Assembly: GCF_030684315.1 (NCBI RefSeq) | Contig: NC_081384.1 | Coordinates: forward strand, 37,064,310-37,128,309 | Source: Stegostoma tigrinum | Taxonomy: Eukaryota | Reading direction: 5' to 3' | DNA: 64,000 nucleotides | Shown here: piece after piece, positions 47,774 to 60,664 of the stretch | Layout of the letters: the number at the start of each line of letters is the position of its first letter | Position numbering within the stretch: position 1 is the first letter of the stretch | The notes under the pieces: model-generated | Database searches by the model: none | Told to the model about the DNA's origin: nothing | The model's input: the letters and a program-made list of their open reading frames with translations, nothing else | Made by a program: the position numbers and the translations under genes

Positions 47774-48975
47774 AAGATAGTAGGAACTGCAGATGCTGGA
47801 GAATCTGAGGTAACAAGGTGTAGAGCTGGATGACCACAGCAGGCCAAGCAGCATCAGAGGAGCAGGAAAGCTGACGTTTCAGGTCTGGACCTTTCTTCAG
47901 AAAATGGGGGAGAGGAAGGGGATTCTGAAATACATAGAGAGCCGGGGGAGGTAGATGGAAGATGGATAAAGGAGCAGATAGGTGGAGAGGACATGGACAG
48001 GTCAAAGAAGGGGGGATGGAGCGAGGAAGGTTGAATCCAAAGGTTGATGGGGTGATCCAACGCATCATCCTCTGCTACTTCTGCCACCTGCAATCTGACC
48101 CCACTACCAAGGACATTTTTCCCTCCCCACCCTTGTCTGCCTTCCAGAAGGACTGTTCTCTCTGTGATTCCCTTGTCCGCTCCACACTCTCCACCCGCGC
48201 CACCACACCCGGCTCTTTCCCCTGCAACTGCAGGAAGTGCTACACCTGCCCCTTCACCTCCTCCCTCACCCCATCCCAGGACCAAGAAGACCTTCCACAT
48301 CAAGCAGATGTTCACCTGCACATCTGCCAATGTGGTATACTGCATCCGCTGTACCCGTTGTGGCCTCCTCTACATCAGGGGAACCAAGCGGAGGCTTGGG
48401 GACCGCTTTGTGGAACACCTACGCTCGGTTCGCAATAAACAACTGCACCTCCCAGTCGCAAACCATTTCAACTCCCCCTCCCATTCCTTGGATCATATGA
48501 CTATCCTGGGCCTCCTGCAGTGCCACAATGATTCCACCCGAAGGTTGCAGGAACAGCAACTGATATTCCACTTGGGAATCCTGCAGCGCAATGGCCTCAA
48601 TGTGGACTTCACAAGCTTCAAAATCTCCCCTCCCCCGACTGCTTCGCAAAACCAGTCCAGCACGTCCGTGCCTCCTCAACCCGTCTGCCTTTTTTTCCCA
48701 CCTATCTGCTCCTCCCATCTCACTGATCAACATCTATCCCCACCTCCTACCTGCTACCCTCATCCCCGCCTCCTTTCCATGCCCCCTCTTGTTGACCTGT
48801 CCGTCTCCTCTCCGCCTATCTACTCCTTTATCCACCTTTCACCTGCTTCCCCTGCCTCCCTATTTATTTCAGAATACCCTTCCCCCATTTCTGAAGAAGG
48901 GTCCAGACCCAAAATGTCAGCTTTCCTGCTCCTCTGATGCTGCCTGGCCTGCTGTGTTCATTCAGCTCCACACCC
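47774..48975 (+). mobile_element. 5'-truncated Neptune-like PLE (family B) with an inverted 5' pLTR arm, inserted in a CR1 RT fragment
   Basis: Cys-rich linker GSFPCNCRKCYTCPF, then GIY-YIG NVVYCIRCTRCGLLYIRGTKRRLGDRFVEHL..PVANHFN..GLNVDF. 47774-48030 is an inverted copy of the pLTR at ~48780-48975. Confidence 0.93.
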
Positions 48976-48984
48976 TTTAATCAT

Positions 48985-49945
48985 AGTCAACACATGTTTT
49001 TCAGCCTGGGGCAGGGCTTGTTCTGGAATTCCCCAGGGGTCACTATTAAGACCCTTGCTATATTAGTGACCTGGATCTTTGCTTAAGGGGATGACTAGGG
49101 GGGAGGTTTTTAAGGTGAGAAGAGAGAAATTTAAATACAACAGGTGGGACTTTTTTTTTACACAGAGGGTGGTTCATGTGTGGAATTAGCTTCCTGAGGA
49201 AGTGAGTACAATTACAACATTTAAAGGACATTTGGACAAGTACATGAATAGGAAATGTTTGGAGTGATAAGGGCCAGGAGCAGGCAGGTAAGACTAGTTT
49301 AGTTTGGGATTATAATCAACATGGCTTAGTTGGGCCAAAGAATCTGTTTCCAAATTGTATGACTCCATAACTCTATACAGGAAACTTGGAAGAATTGTAA
49401 ACAGTAAGGAGGACAGTGCAGAACATTAGAAAGACAATTGAAAAGTTGGTGGAGTGGTTTGACAGATGACAGATGAGGTTCAATGCAGAGAAATATGAGG
49501 TGAGGCACTTTAGTCAGAAGAACATTGAAAGACAATATAAAATAGACAATACGATTCTAAAGCCAGTGCAGGAGCAGAGGGGCCTGAATGTATGTGCACA
49601 GATCATTAAAGGAAGCAACACAGGTTAAGAGAGCAGTGAATAAGACTTCCAATATTCTGAGCTTTAAGAATTGAGGTACGGAGCAGTAGAGGAAGGAGAT
49701 GATGTTGAACTAGCGAAAAAAAAAACTTGTCAGACCTCGGCTGAAGTATTGTGTGCAGTTGTAGGCGTTGCATTAGAAGAAGAATATGAATGCATTGGAG
49801 GAAGTGTAGAAATGATTTACAAGAATGGTTCCAGGAATGAGAAACTTCAGTTTTGAGCATAGATTGAAGAAAGAGGGACTATTCTTCTTGGAGAGAAGAA
49901 AGCTGAGAGGAGATCTGATAGAGATTTTGAAAATCATGAGCAGGC
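48985..49945 (+). mobile_element. CR1 RT/3' fragments (nested)
   Basis: GGAATTCCCCAGGGGTCA (GIPQGS); MVPGMRNFSFEHRLKKEGLFFLERRKLRGDLIEILKIM. Confidence 0.88.
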
Positions 49946-50144
49946 AGCCTGAGGCAGAGAAAAACATGATACAAATGCAAGGATTTCTTTCCTGCAGGCA
50001 TCATGGACAGGCCCTGCTGATTGCAGGCAGGCACTCAACCCCAGGATGACAATGGCTTAGAGCTGTCTGCTGGTCCTAGAGCAGCTAAGTACCTCAAGAA
50101 CCTCGAGGGTAAATGTTAGAGGCAGTTTCCTGATAACATATGGT

Positions 50145-50640
50145 CATACAACATACGAAATATGAGCATGATTAGGCCACTCAGCCCATCATCTTTGCTA
50201 GATCCTGCATCTGGATTTTGGCTGATCTTCCACCTCAATACCATTTTCTGTACATTCCCCATGTCCCTTAATATTTTTGATGACTTGAAATCTATTGATT
50301 TTCATCTTAAACAGATTGAATGGCTTTCATTGTTCTCTGGGGTGGAGAATTTCAAACATTCACCATCTTCTGAGTGAAGAAATTCCACTTCATCTCAGTC
50401 CTACATGGCCTGCCTTATATTCTGAAATTGTGTTCCCTGGTTCTAGATCTCACCGACCACCGCCATTCCTCCTCACCATCCCCAATCCCATCTCCAAATC
50501 AGGGGAAACATCCTTCCTGCGTCAACTCTGTCAGGCCCTGTTAGAATTTTATGGATTTCAACGAAATCACCTTTCATTCTTCTAAACTCTAGAGCGTACA
50601 GATCCAGACTCCTCAATTCTCTCCTTATACCACAAATCCT
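50145..50640 (-). mobile_element. CR1 3' UTR fragment
   Basis: AGGCCACTCAGCCCATC..GGGGTGGAGAATTTCAAACATTCACCATCTTCTGAGTGAAGAAATT. Confidence 0.75.
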
Positions 50641-50929
50641 GCTGGTGGGAGCTAGTGTCAGGTGAATTGGACATATATTTTGCTGCGTTTCAATATTGTT
50701 GAGTTTGCTACAATTTACTGCTCATTGCCTTGGGAGGTAGAAATCTCTGTCCTGGACTGTTCCTCTAGAATTCCGGGCTACATTGACACATTCCTGTTAA
50801 ATTTCTTTTCAAGACAATGTTTTATTTTACTTACAGGAGACATTGTATTTATACAACACTTTCCTTAGTCTCTGGCCATTTCAACACCCTGCTAGGACTT
50901 TGGAATTGCCATTAACATTGCAGGACAAG

Positions 50930-51200
50930 GAAGAGCTTTAAGGCATCTGGGTATGTAACCAGTGAATTCATTCATGCTGATATTGGTTGTGGGATCAATT
51001 TTGGTTACGATATAAAGGAATGTTTCCTTACTCGTCTTCAAATGATACCATAGGTCAATCTGAAAGCCAGCACGCCCAGCAGTGGAACCCTCCCTCTGTT
51101 CTGTCAACTTGAACTTTGCCCTGAAATCTCTGCAGTGCAACTCAGAACTTATGATCTTCTGAACTAAAGGTAAGACCAACACTAGACGGAGAAGTGATTG
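50930..51200 (-). mobile_element. Very degenerate Deu-domain-like SINE
   Basis: GATATTGGTTGTGGGATCAATTTTGG and GCAGTGGAACCCTCCCTC resemble the reverse complement of 45090-45470. Confidence 0.4.
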
Positions 51201-52269
51201 AACCGAGGGAGATCTGGGAAGAGGAATGTACATGGGCTGGCTCTACTATCAAAGGAGGCCATGGGAGAATCTCCAGCCTTGGCCCCTGTTGCATTACAGT
51301 GAGCAACATCAATGATGGCCTTTATCTTCTCTGTATTACTCCAAGTGGCATCATTTCTGTGTGTTTATGCTGACGCTCAGCTGTCATTAGACTTGCAGCC
51401 CCAGTGAAGTGGCTCTAGTCAGGCTCAATGGAAGCTTTAACAATTGTTTCTCATCATTTGATTAGACACTTTACAGCATGCAGGCTTCAACACTGAGTTC
51501 ATAAAATTGTAGCCTTAAATGCCATCCCATTTTGTTTCCTATTCTTTTGGCTTCGCTTTCTCACTTAAGCTAGAGACTTACTCAAAGGTACATCTTCTGT
51601 TTCTTTGGGAGAATCATCCCATCCTGGAGGAGGGGAGAAGAGTGACAAATGAGTAAATGTAATTGGGCAACAGTCCAAAGATTAGGTCTCACTGGTGGGA
51701 AAACTTCCGCAATTATGTTCCATGGACTTGAAATGTGGATTGATGTTTTGCACTGTAGGAGTTGGGAAGCTTACCTGCATGCATTAGCAACTCATTAAAA
51801 TGCAACTCGCCAATTCACCCAACAGAGCTATACATCTTCTCAAAACTCGCTAGAGATATACATTTCATCAAGTATCTGAACACATCTACCAGGCATTTAC
51901 CTGGCAAATGTCACTGCTTTCCAGATTTCAGGGAATGTACTTCGTGCTTTGTTCGATAGAGATACCCTAGATCTTGACTTTGTTTAAATGGTTGTTACGC
52001 TCTGTTATAGTGCTACGTCTCTGAATACAGTCTAAGTAGCTAAGGGCAGGAGATGGCAGTATCTATGGGGCAGGGTAAAACAGCAGGAAGAGAAGGAAAA
52101 TTGTAGTCACTGGGGCACAGATAGGACATTGTCTGGGAAAGGGTGGGCCACCGTCTATCCAGGACAGGATGAGGTTTTATTTTTGGATTGATGCGGTTAA
52201 AGATTCAGGTTTTTGGCAGGCTGAAGGGAGTAATCCAGGAATGGATTACTCACTGTCCAGGAGTGGGTT

Positions 52270-52485
52270 ACTCTCTGCCCATGAATAGGTTAGTGTCTGT
52301 CTGGGGAGAGTCAGAGGGAGGTGCCTGCCCAAGGAAGATCAGGGGGAGGTGTCTGCCCAGGGAGAGTCAGAGGCAGGTGTTTGTCCTGGGAGAGTCACAG
52401 GGGGGGTACCTCTCCAGGCACAGATAGGGAGACGTGTCTGTCCATTCAGAGCCGGGGAAGGATTCTGTCTGGGGAGAGCCATGGA
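52270..52485. repeat. Degenerate ~25-bp G-rich tandem repeat
   Basis: Recurring GTGTCTG(T/C)C(T/C)GGGGAGAGTCAGAGGGAG motifs. Confidence 0.55.
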
Positions 52486-52932
52486 GGAATAGTTATCCAG
52501 TGTTTGGTCCTTGCTGTAAGAGGATCATGTACAAGGAAGTGCCTAATGCCATTGTGTTATGGCGGGTATATGCACATTCTAAGGGGGCGATGTATCTTAA
52601 AGGCTGGCAGTTGGAAGCTCAGGGCTGAGAATTATATTGTCTTTGGAAATGATTGGGGATTGTCAAGCAATATTACGGCGCTCCTGGTCTCAGTGATGGG
52701 AGAATGGAGATCAGGAGGGCCATTGGTACCTGGATCTTAATGGGTTTAGGGAGATATTGTGGAAACTAACAAATACATGGACAGGATTCAGGATTCCAGG
52801 GTGATAGGAATTATTACACATTTAGGGAGGTAAAAAATGGGGAGGGCTTAGCACATTGGGGTGACCTGAACATGTGCACTTGTGTAATGAATATAAATCT
52901 TGTCACCTTATGATTGTCAACCATATTTTTTA

Positions 52933-53257
52933 ATCACAGAATCCCTACAGTGTGGAAACAGGCCCTTTGTCCCAACAAGTCCACACTGACCCTTGGAGTA
53001 TCCCATCCAGACCCATCCCCCTATAACCCACCTAAGCTACGCACCCCTGAACACTATGGGCAATTTAGCATGGCCAATCCACTTAATCTGCACATCTTTG
53101 GACTGTGGGAGGAAACCAGAGAACTCCAAGGAAACCCACACAGACACGGGGAGAGTGTACAAACTCCACAAAGACAATCACCTGCAGGTGGAATTGAACC
53201 CGGGTCCCTGACACTGTGAGGCAGCAGTGTCTAACCACTGAGCCACTGTGCCTCCCC
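52933..53257 (-). mobile_element. Full-length HE1-type SINE
   Basis: Reverse complement of GGAGGCACAGTGGCTCAGTGGTTAG..GGACCCGGGTTCAATTCC through the GGGATTCTGTG tail. Confidence 0.92.
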
Positions 53258-53879
53258 TTGAAATGGGTACACCCATAGTAGGATGAGGTTTTATTTTTGG
53301 GTTGATGCGGTTAAAGATTCAGGTTTTTGGCAGGCTGAAGGGATAACCCATTAACCATGAGTACAGTGTTCTGCTGGGTTATTTACCCAATCATTGATTA
53401 TGTCTCCAGAACTCAGCAGGAACTATGAAGCCACAGCAGATTGTGACCTGGTTGTCATCTTGTGGTGTCTGAGATATGGTTGCAACTGTGGAGGAACTGA
53501 GATAAATTAGGCATCCCATTGGCACAGAACAACTGTTACCATGACTCCATGCACTGGAATCCCAACTGGAAACTGCAGCCAGTGAAGGTGAAGGCTGGAG
53601 GAGAGATGGGTGGGGTTTAGTGTGATGTTTGTAGGTCTTCTCTGTCAAGACAGGACTAGAATGTTCCTCTGCACTGTCCCTGAAGAGAAGCAGACCATTG
53701 TGCATGGGAAGGTTCACTGACATGTTTTAAGTAAGCTGGACATGCATAATGTTGACATACATCTGAATGTTTACTCACAGGGAGCTTTCCTCTGAAGTTT
53801 CAGTGGATGGAGTTTTCTGCAATCCACATACTGGTTGAGGAAGACACCAAATGGGGAACATTACTAGATTAAAGACAGA

Positions 53880-54086
53880 CCAGGTTAGATGAATTGGCCA
53901 TATTAAATTGTTATTAGTGCGCAAGGATGTGTAGGTTAAGTAGATTAACCATGGGATATTCAGGGTTACAGAGACTGGTTAGGGGGATTGGTCTGGGTGT
54001 GATGCTCTTTGGATGATTGGTGTGGACTCAACAGGCTGACTGGCCTGCTTCCACACTGCAGGGATTCAATGATTCTATGATTCTAA
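53880..54086 (+). mobile_element. HE1-type SINE 3' half
   Basis: CAGGTTAGATGAATTGGCCAT..GGTCTGGGTGTGATGCTCTTTGG..GATTCTATGATTCTA tail. Confidence 0.8.
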
Positions 54087-54554
54087 GAACCTAGGACATC
54101 ATGGAGCGCATTTCTAGGGAAAAAGTGAAAGAGAGTAATCACCCGCTGCAACAAATTGCTGGTTTCACACGTCTATTGAAACCAGCAGCATGTTGACATT
54201 AATTAATGCTGCCATCCTTCTGGTCTTCCTCCAGCTCAACAGGAACCAGTGCCAAGGTGCAGTGTCCATACTAATGAGAGGAAGAATGAACACTGAACAC
54301 AAACCACATCTATCGACCTTGCTGCGGCTATGTCTAACTGACAGATGGGGCATACCTCAGGATGTCCCAGAACATTGGGTCCTACATTTGTCAGCTGCTG
54401 GTCAGAAACTGTGGTTGCAAAAACTGTGTGTCAATTTCAGGCCAGTTACCATGAAGACGCTCGACTTTTACCCAAATGCACTATTTTATACTGTCACATT
54501 TCACATTTTACAGATCCCTGCTGAATTTCACAATTGGCCACTCACTGAAACAAT

Positions 54555-55855
54555 CCATGTCCAAATGGAACAAGACTTGGACAATAGGAGGGACAAGTAA
54601 CATTGCAGCCACACAGATGCTAGACAATCCAACAACCACTCCTTGACAATAATTGATGCTACCTTCACTGAATCCCCCACTGGCAACATCCTGGGGATTA
54701 CCATTGAGCAGAAACTCAACTCATCATAGTGGCTAAAAGAGCTGGTCAGAAGCTAACAACACCACAATCAATAAATCACCTCCTGACTCCCCAAAGCCTG
54801 TCCACCACCTACAAGGCACAAGCCAGGAGGGTGATGGAATACTCCCCACTGGATGGATGGATGCATCTCCGACAACACTCAGGAAGCTTGACACTGTCCA
54901 GGACAAAACGGACATTTTGACTGACTCCACATGCACAAAACCTCCTCCATCCGCCACCAGTTCTCAGTAGCAGCAATGTGTACCATCTACAAGATTGACT
55001 GCAAATATTCACCGCGGTCCCTTACCATCAATAAGTACAAGAGCACCAGAAACTCGGAAAACAGTTATTCGCCAACTTAACTGAAAAAGTCAGGTTCACG
55101 CAGCATGGAAACAGACCCTGTGGTCTGACCAGTCCATGCCAAGCAGAATCTCAAACAAAATTACTCCTACCTGCCTGTGCTTTCCCTCTAAACATTGCTT
55201 ATTCATGTACTTATCTAAATGTCTTTTAAATGTTGTAACTGTATCCGCAACCACTACTTCCTCTGGCAGTTCATTCTAAACGTGAACCACCCTCTGTGTA
55301 AGAAAATTTTTGCCTATGTATTTTTTAAATCTTCCTCACCTCACCTTAAAAACATGCCGTTATGTCATGAAATCCTCCATCCCTGTGAAAATACACCTGC
55401 CCTTCACCTTACCTATACCCCTCATGATAGACCTCTATAAGGTCACCCCTCTCCCTCCTATGCTCCAGTGAAAAAGGTCCCAGCCTATCCAGCTTCTCCG
55501 TAAACTAAAAGCCTCCATTCCTGGCAACATCCTGGTAAATCTCTTCTGAACCTTCTCCAACTTAATAATATCCTTCCTATAACTGGATCTGGACACAGTA
55601 CTCTAGAAGAGGACTCACCAATGTCCTGTACAATGTCAACATGACATCACTTCAAAATATATTACCATTCATTCAGTGTTGCTGAGTCAAAATCCCGGAA
55701 TTCCCTCCCTAAGGGCATTTTTGGTGTAACCACAGTATGTGGACTGCAGCGCTTCAGGATGGTTCAAGAAGGCAGTTCACCATCACCTTCTCAAGGGTAA
55801 CTAAATGCTGACCCAGCCAGTGATGCCCGTGTCATATAAGTGAATGAAGAAAAAT
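54555..55855 (+). mobile_element. Crack/Daphne-like LINE 3' end, interrupted by an inverted CR1 3' end (55090-55650)
   Basis: HLLTPQSLSTTYKAQARRVMEYSPL. The tail GGTTCAAGAAGGCAG..CACCATCACCTTCTCAAGGG..GATGCCC..TGAATGAA resumes at ~55660. Confidence 0.82.
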
Positions 55856-55859
55856 GTAT

Positions 55860-56420
55860 CCGGGAGGAGACTGGTACTCCCTTCACTGAAGTGCACCAAT
55901 GGAGTGTTTCCGCTTGGATGCAGAGAGTCATGCAGTCATGGCCAGTCCCTTTGCTGTGACAGATGGTTTCCCATTGGTGCAGGCCAGAACTGGTTACACC
56001 CACATTGCCATCAGAGTGCCCTATCAGCAACCGGGAGTATGCGTCCATCTGTGACCACATGAGCCTGATATTCTAGGTCAGTTTCCAAAATCCAAGGAAC
56101 TGTCACACTGCCTGAAACCTGGAACACTCACCGATAGCTGAAGCTTCTAATATCCGGCATTGACCTCAGGGTTGGCTGCAGAAGGACAAGGGCAACTCCC
56201 TCAAAACGTGGCTGATGTTACCTGCTAGGAATCCACAGGCTGACACTGAGAAGCTGTACAATACAGCACATACTTTCACAAGGACCATTATTGAACAAAT
56301 TCTGAGATGTTTGAGAATTAAATTTGGATGCCTGGACCACTTAGACAATGCACTGCAAGATACATCAGAGAGAGTGTGCCACTTGATATGGTGTGTTGCA
56401 TCTTCCCCAATCTAACCTGA
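55860..56420 (+). pseudogene. Harbinger/PIF (HARBI1-like, DDE_Tnp_4) transposase remnant
   Basis: GWLQKDKGNSLKTWLMLPARNPQADTEKLYNTAHTFTRTIIEQILRCLRIKFGCLD matches the LGD.GY.L..WLM.P......E..YN.AH..TR..IE..FG.LK.RF.CL motif. Upstream GFPLVQ..THIAIR fits too. Frameshifted. Confidence 0.75.
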
Positions 56421-56429
56421 TAAGAGCAG

Positions 56430-56535
56430 AGGAAGTTCTGAGAAAGGGTCATTGGACCTGAAACATTAACTCTGATTTTTTTTCTTCACACATGCTGCCA
56501 GACCTGCTGAGTTTTTCCAGCAACTTCTGTTTTTG
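56430..56535 (+). mobile_element. PLE family C pLTR stub
   Basis: GTTCTGAGAAAGGGTCATTGGACCTGAAACATTAACTCTG..CCAGACCTGCTGAGTTTTTCCAGCAA. Confidence 0.75.
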
Positions 56536-56539
56536 CTCC

Positions 56540-59275
56540 TGATAAGCGAATGCTATCTTGGGAGAGAACAAAGTACAGGAGCAAGAGTAGATACATTCCA
56601 ACATGTAGGAATTATTCCTAAGAGCTATTGGAATAACTCAAGGTTAACTAGAAAGGTTAAAGGTAGTACCAAACTGAAGAAAAACATGTCATTGTGCAAA
56701 GAGAAGCAGCAGGTCAGACAATTGAACAGAATATCAAAACAACAAAAAAAATCACCACAACAGTAACAAGGAGGGGAAAATGTTAAACTATGAGAGAAAG
56801 CTGGCCAGAAATACAAAAAAGAAGTTTCTACAAATACCTGAAGACAGAAGGAAGGGGCTAAGTGAGTGTGAGTCCTGGAGAAGGCATGCCTGGTAAGTTA
56901 GCCATGGACGATAGGGACAGTATTGACTACTTTCCATTTGTCTTCACTACAAATGATGAAAGTGAAGTGGCAGTGTTCGTGCACAGCTCCTGAGCCTGGG
57001 GACCGTCCACTTACATCTGCCTTCCTTTTTTTCTTTCTTTCTGTCCTTTTTTTTCATTTTTGTTCTTTCTTTTGTTTCCTTTTACAGCTGTGTTGGTCTC
57101 CTTCCCAGAGTCTGGGCAGCAGTAGGAGCGTTTCCTTTCTGGAACGCCACCAGTGGTGGGAGCTGTTTCTTCCCAAAGTAAGGACAGCAGTGGGAGTGGT
57201 TCCTTCCCAGGGAGGGGGAAGGATCGGCAGTGCCAGGTTCCTTTGCTGAAATGATGGTCAGTCCCAGGAAGCAGCAGCAGCGTGTTGGGCCCAGCGTCTG
57301 GTTTGAGCCCAGAGTGGGACCCAGCAGCTTCAGCAGCAGCTGTATTGCTGAGATTGTCTGAGCACAGAACTCACAGTCTGTGGAGGCGAGATGGTGCCAA
57401 AGAATGGTGACACAGTTCCAGCAGCACACCTCCAGGCCACGGCTGGGCTCCCAGGTACCTGACAGCGGAGGTGTTATTGATGCACAAGCTGCATGCAGTA
57501 TGTGGGCACTCAGGGTACCTGAGCATTCACAGACTGTGGGATGGACTTTGTGACTTTGTTTTTCCGGCAACAAGGTCTCATGGCAGACATGAGGGGAGTG
57601 ATCTGGACATTCCCTTTTCCGTTCGGCTGTTTCTTTTATTTCTGCTTCTGTTTTGAATCCTGTCCTTTGTAAAGTAAGATGGTGCCAGAGAATAGTGGTT
57701 ATGCACTTTTCCCTGTACTCCTGTGCACCTGTAGGCAACTACACTTGACAGTAACATTGAGATCTATACAGGATATAAGTAACATACCAGAAACAACAAT
57801 AAGTAAGGAAATAGAAAGCAGGGAGGAACTAAGGAAAATCACTATAATGAGAGAAGTGACGCAGAGGCAGGGCCAGCAAGTTCCCCCGTCCTGTTGGGTT
57901 CATCCTGGGGTCTTAGAAGATGTAGCTAGTGAGCTAGTTTCTCAACACTCCCTTGATTCAATCTTCATTAGATTGGAAGGTGGTGACTGTAACCCCTTTA
58001 TTCAAAAAAAGCAGTAAACAGTTTGTTTAACCCCCTTCTCAGGGAAAATGGGTAGAAGCTATTATTAAAGAAGTTACAGCAGGTAATCACGCAAAAATCA
58101 ACATGGATTTGTGAAAGGGTACCATGTTTGACTAATACATTGCTCATCTTTGGGAGGGTAACTTATGCAGTGGCTAAAGGGGAACGGGTGTACTGTACTT
58201 AGGTTTCCAGATGGCATTTAAGAAGCTGCTGTATGAAATGAAAGATCACGTGATTGGTCGCTATGAGTGTAATATGGGAGCATATAATATGAGTAGCATA
58301 TTGACTTGAATAGTAATTAGCAGAAAGCAGAATTGTGTCTTTTTCAGGTTGGTAAGATGTCGTGAGGGATGAGTCACAGGGATTGATATTTGGGCTTCAA
58401 CCATTTACAGTTTATGTAAATGATTTGGATGAAGCAATGAAAGATATGTTTGCCAAATTTGATGATAACACAAACATAGGAAGGAAAGCAAGTTGTGAAG
58501 AGGACATAGGAAGCTACGGGAAGTCATAGATAGCTTACCTGAGTGAGCATAAATGTGACAAATTTAGTGTAATGTGGGAAAATATGAAATTATCCATTTT
58601 AGCAGGAAAACTAAAAATAAGCAGGTTATCTAAATGGTGAGAGATTGAAAAATTCTGAGATGCAGAGAGATCTGAATGTCTTTGTGCATGAACTACAAAA
58701 AGGGTACATTTATAGGTACAGAAAGTACCTATGAAAGTGAATGGAATGCTATTATTTATTATGTGGCAAGTAGAATATAGAAAGTAAAGAGGTTATGCTT
58801 CAGGGCATTTTTGAGATTGCATCTGGCACACTGTGAACAATGTTGGTCACCTTATTTAAGGAGGGTCAGTTCACAGAAGGTCTACCCCAGTAACTGGAAT
58901 GAGGGTCTTATGAGGAAGAGTTGGCTAATGTTGTATCTTGTGAGGGTTCTTGGCAAGGTAGATGTGGAGACGATGTATCATCTTGGAGAAGAATCTAGAA
59001 CTAGGAATCATTGTTTCAAAACAGTGATGAGATGGGAGTTTTTTTTCCCTCAAAGAGTCATGAAACTCCATTCCTGAGAAGGTGGTGGAAACAGAGTCCT
59101 TCAATATTTTCAAGCCAGTGTTGGATAGAGCCTTGCTGAGCAAAGGGGCGAAAAGTTATGAGGGGAATGTGAGAATGAAGTTATGACCAGCTCAGCCATA
59201 ATCTTAATAAATGGTACAGCAGGCTCAGTGGACCCCAAAAGCCTATTTCCTCTCCTAATTTGTATGTTCACCTGT
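56540..59275 (+). mobile_element. Degenerate CR1 ORF2 to 3' UTR, interrupted by an unclassified GC-rich insert (~56965-57775)
   Basis: VNDLDE..FAKFDDNT-like sequence at 58410-58470; LRLHLAHCEQCWSPYLRR; CR1 3' UTR at ~59200. Confidence 0.8.
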
Positions 59276-59594
59276 GTGTTTGTCTATTGACTGCCTTTCC
59301 CTGGTGATTGGGATGACTGATGGGAGTGTTCTGGGGGCCTGGGGCATAGAGCGCCCTGGCTTACGGAGACTTTCCAGAGCAGGTGCTTCTCACCCTGATC
59401 GGCTGCTGCGGGTATTGGAGTCTTTGACAGGGTTGAGGTGAAGAGGAAGGGCACCTTTGGAGCGTGCTGAGATGAAGTTCCTTGGGTACTTGTTCGGCTT
59501 TTTCCTCAATATGAGGCTCTGCTGGCACCACCCCGAGAGGAAGAGTTTCTTGAAACTGAGATGCCTAGTCCCCACTTCGTCCTCTTGAGCGCCC

Positions 59595-59895
59595 AAGCCT
59601 GGAAATCCAGGAAGATTATGCCGACTGGCTCTCTATAGCATAACTTGCTTGTTACTTGCTCAAAGAATTCTAACAGATTTTTGACAAACATGACCTCTCC
59701 TTGACAAAGCCATGCTGACTCAACCTTATTTTGCCATGCACCTCTGAGTACTCCACAATCTCATTCTTAATAATGGCATCTAAATCTTACCAATGATTGA
59801 GGTCAGGCTAATGAGCCCATAGTTTCCTGTCTTCTGCCTCCCTCCATTCTTAAACAGGGGTGTTATGTCAGACACTTTCCAGTCTGCCGGGAACC
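59595..59895 (-). mobile_element. CR1 RT fragment
   Basis: PADWKVSDITPLFKNGGRQKTGNYGLISLTSIIGKI; NLLEFFEQVTS..IFLDFQ. Confidence 0.88.
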
Positions 59896-60299
59896 TAAAT
59901 ATGCCATCAGCATGGGATTGAGCAGCTTCCTGCTCTCCAGCAGTCCATCTAATGTCAGAGACCTCAGGCGTCACTTCCTCTGTGAGCTCCAGCCCTTTTT
60001 CCATGATCTGCTCACCAGACGGTGAGAGTGAGGCCATTTTAGACAGTGGCCCCACCAAGGAGACTGTCTTTGGCCAATAGGAGCATGCCTTATTAGTGCT
60101 GGAGGAGGGCATCTTGTGAAATCTGGTGCTTCATCTCCTCTGGTCGCCAGACATGCCTGTGATTGACAAGAGAAAAAATTAGTTTGCTGAAGGTGCACAG
60201 TCTCTTATATAGAATAATGACTGACACTTTGCTCACATCTGAGAAGAGCAGACTGTAACCTTCTTGTAGCATTCTCGTCTCACCATCAGTACAGGGATG

Positions 60300-60590
60300 A
60301 TCATAGAATCATACTGTCCACACTTACCCTTGCTGCATCCCACCCAGACCCATCTCCCTCTAACCCACCTAAGCTACACATCCCTGAACACTACGGACAA
60401 TTTAGCATGGCCAATCCACCCAGCCTGCACATCTTTGGACAATGGGAGGAAACCAGAGCACCCAGAGGAAATCCATGCAGACACAGGGAGAATGTGCAAA
60501 CTTCACACAGACAGTTGGCCGAGGGTGGAATTGAACCCAGGTCCCTGGCACTGTGGGGCAGCAGTGATGACCACTGAGCCACCGTGTGGC
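60300..60590 (-). mobile_element. HE1-type SINE
   Basis: Reverse complement of CACACGGTGGCTCAGTGGTC..GGGACCTGGGTTCAATTCC..CCAAAGATGTGCAGG..GATTCTATGA. Confidence 0.9.
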
Positions 60591-60664
60591 CTAATGCCAG
60601 ATCATGGTGCTCCCCTGCCCACAACACACCCTCCTCTACTGAATGATCTGAAGGTGGGTGAATT

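Noticed and set aside
48164-48937. Stand-alone GIY-YIG nuclease host gene
   Set aside because: Embedded in a truncated, frameshifted PLE with pLTR arms; the YIG motif is degraded (YIRG).
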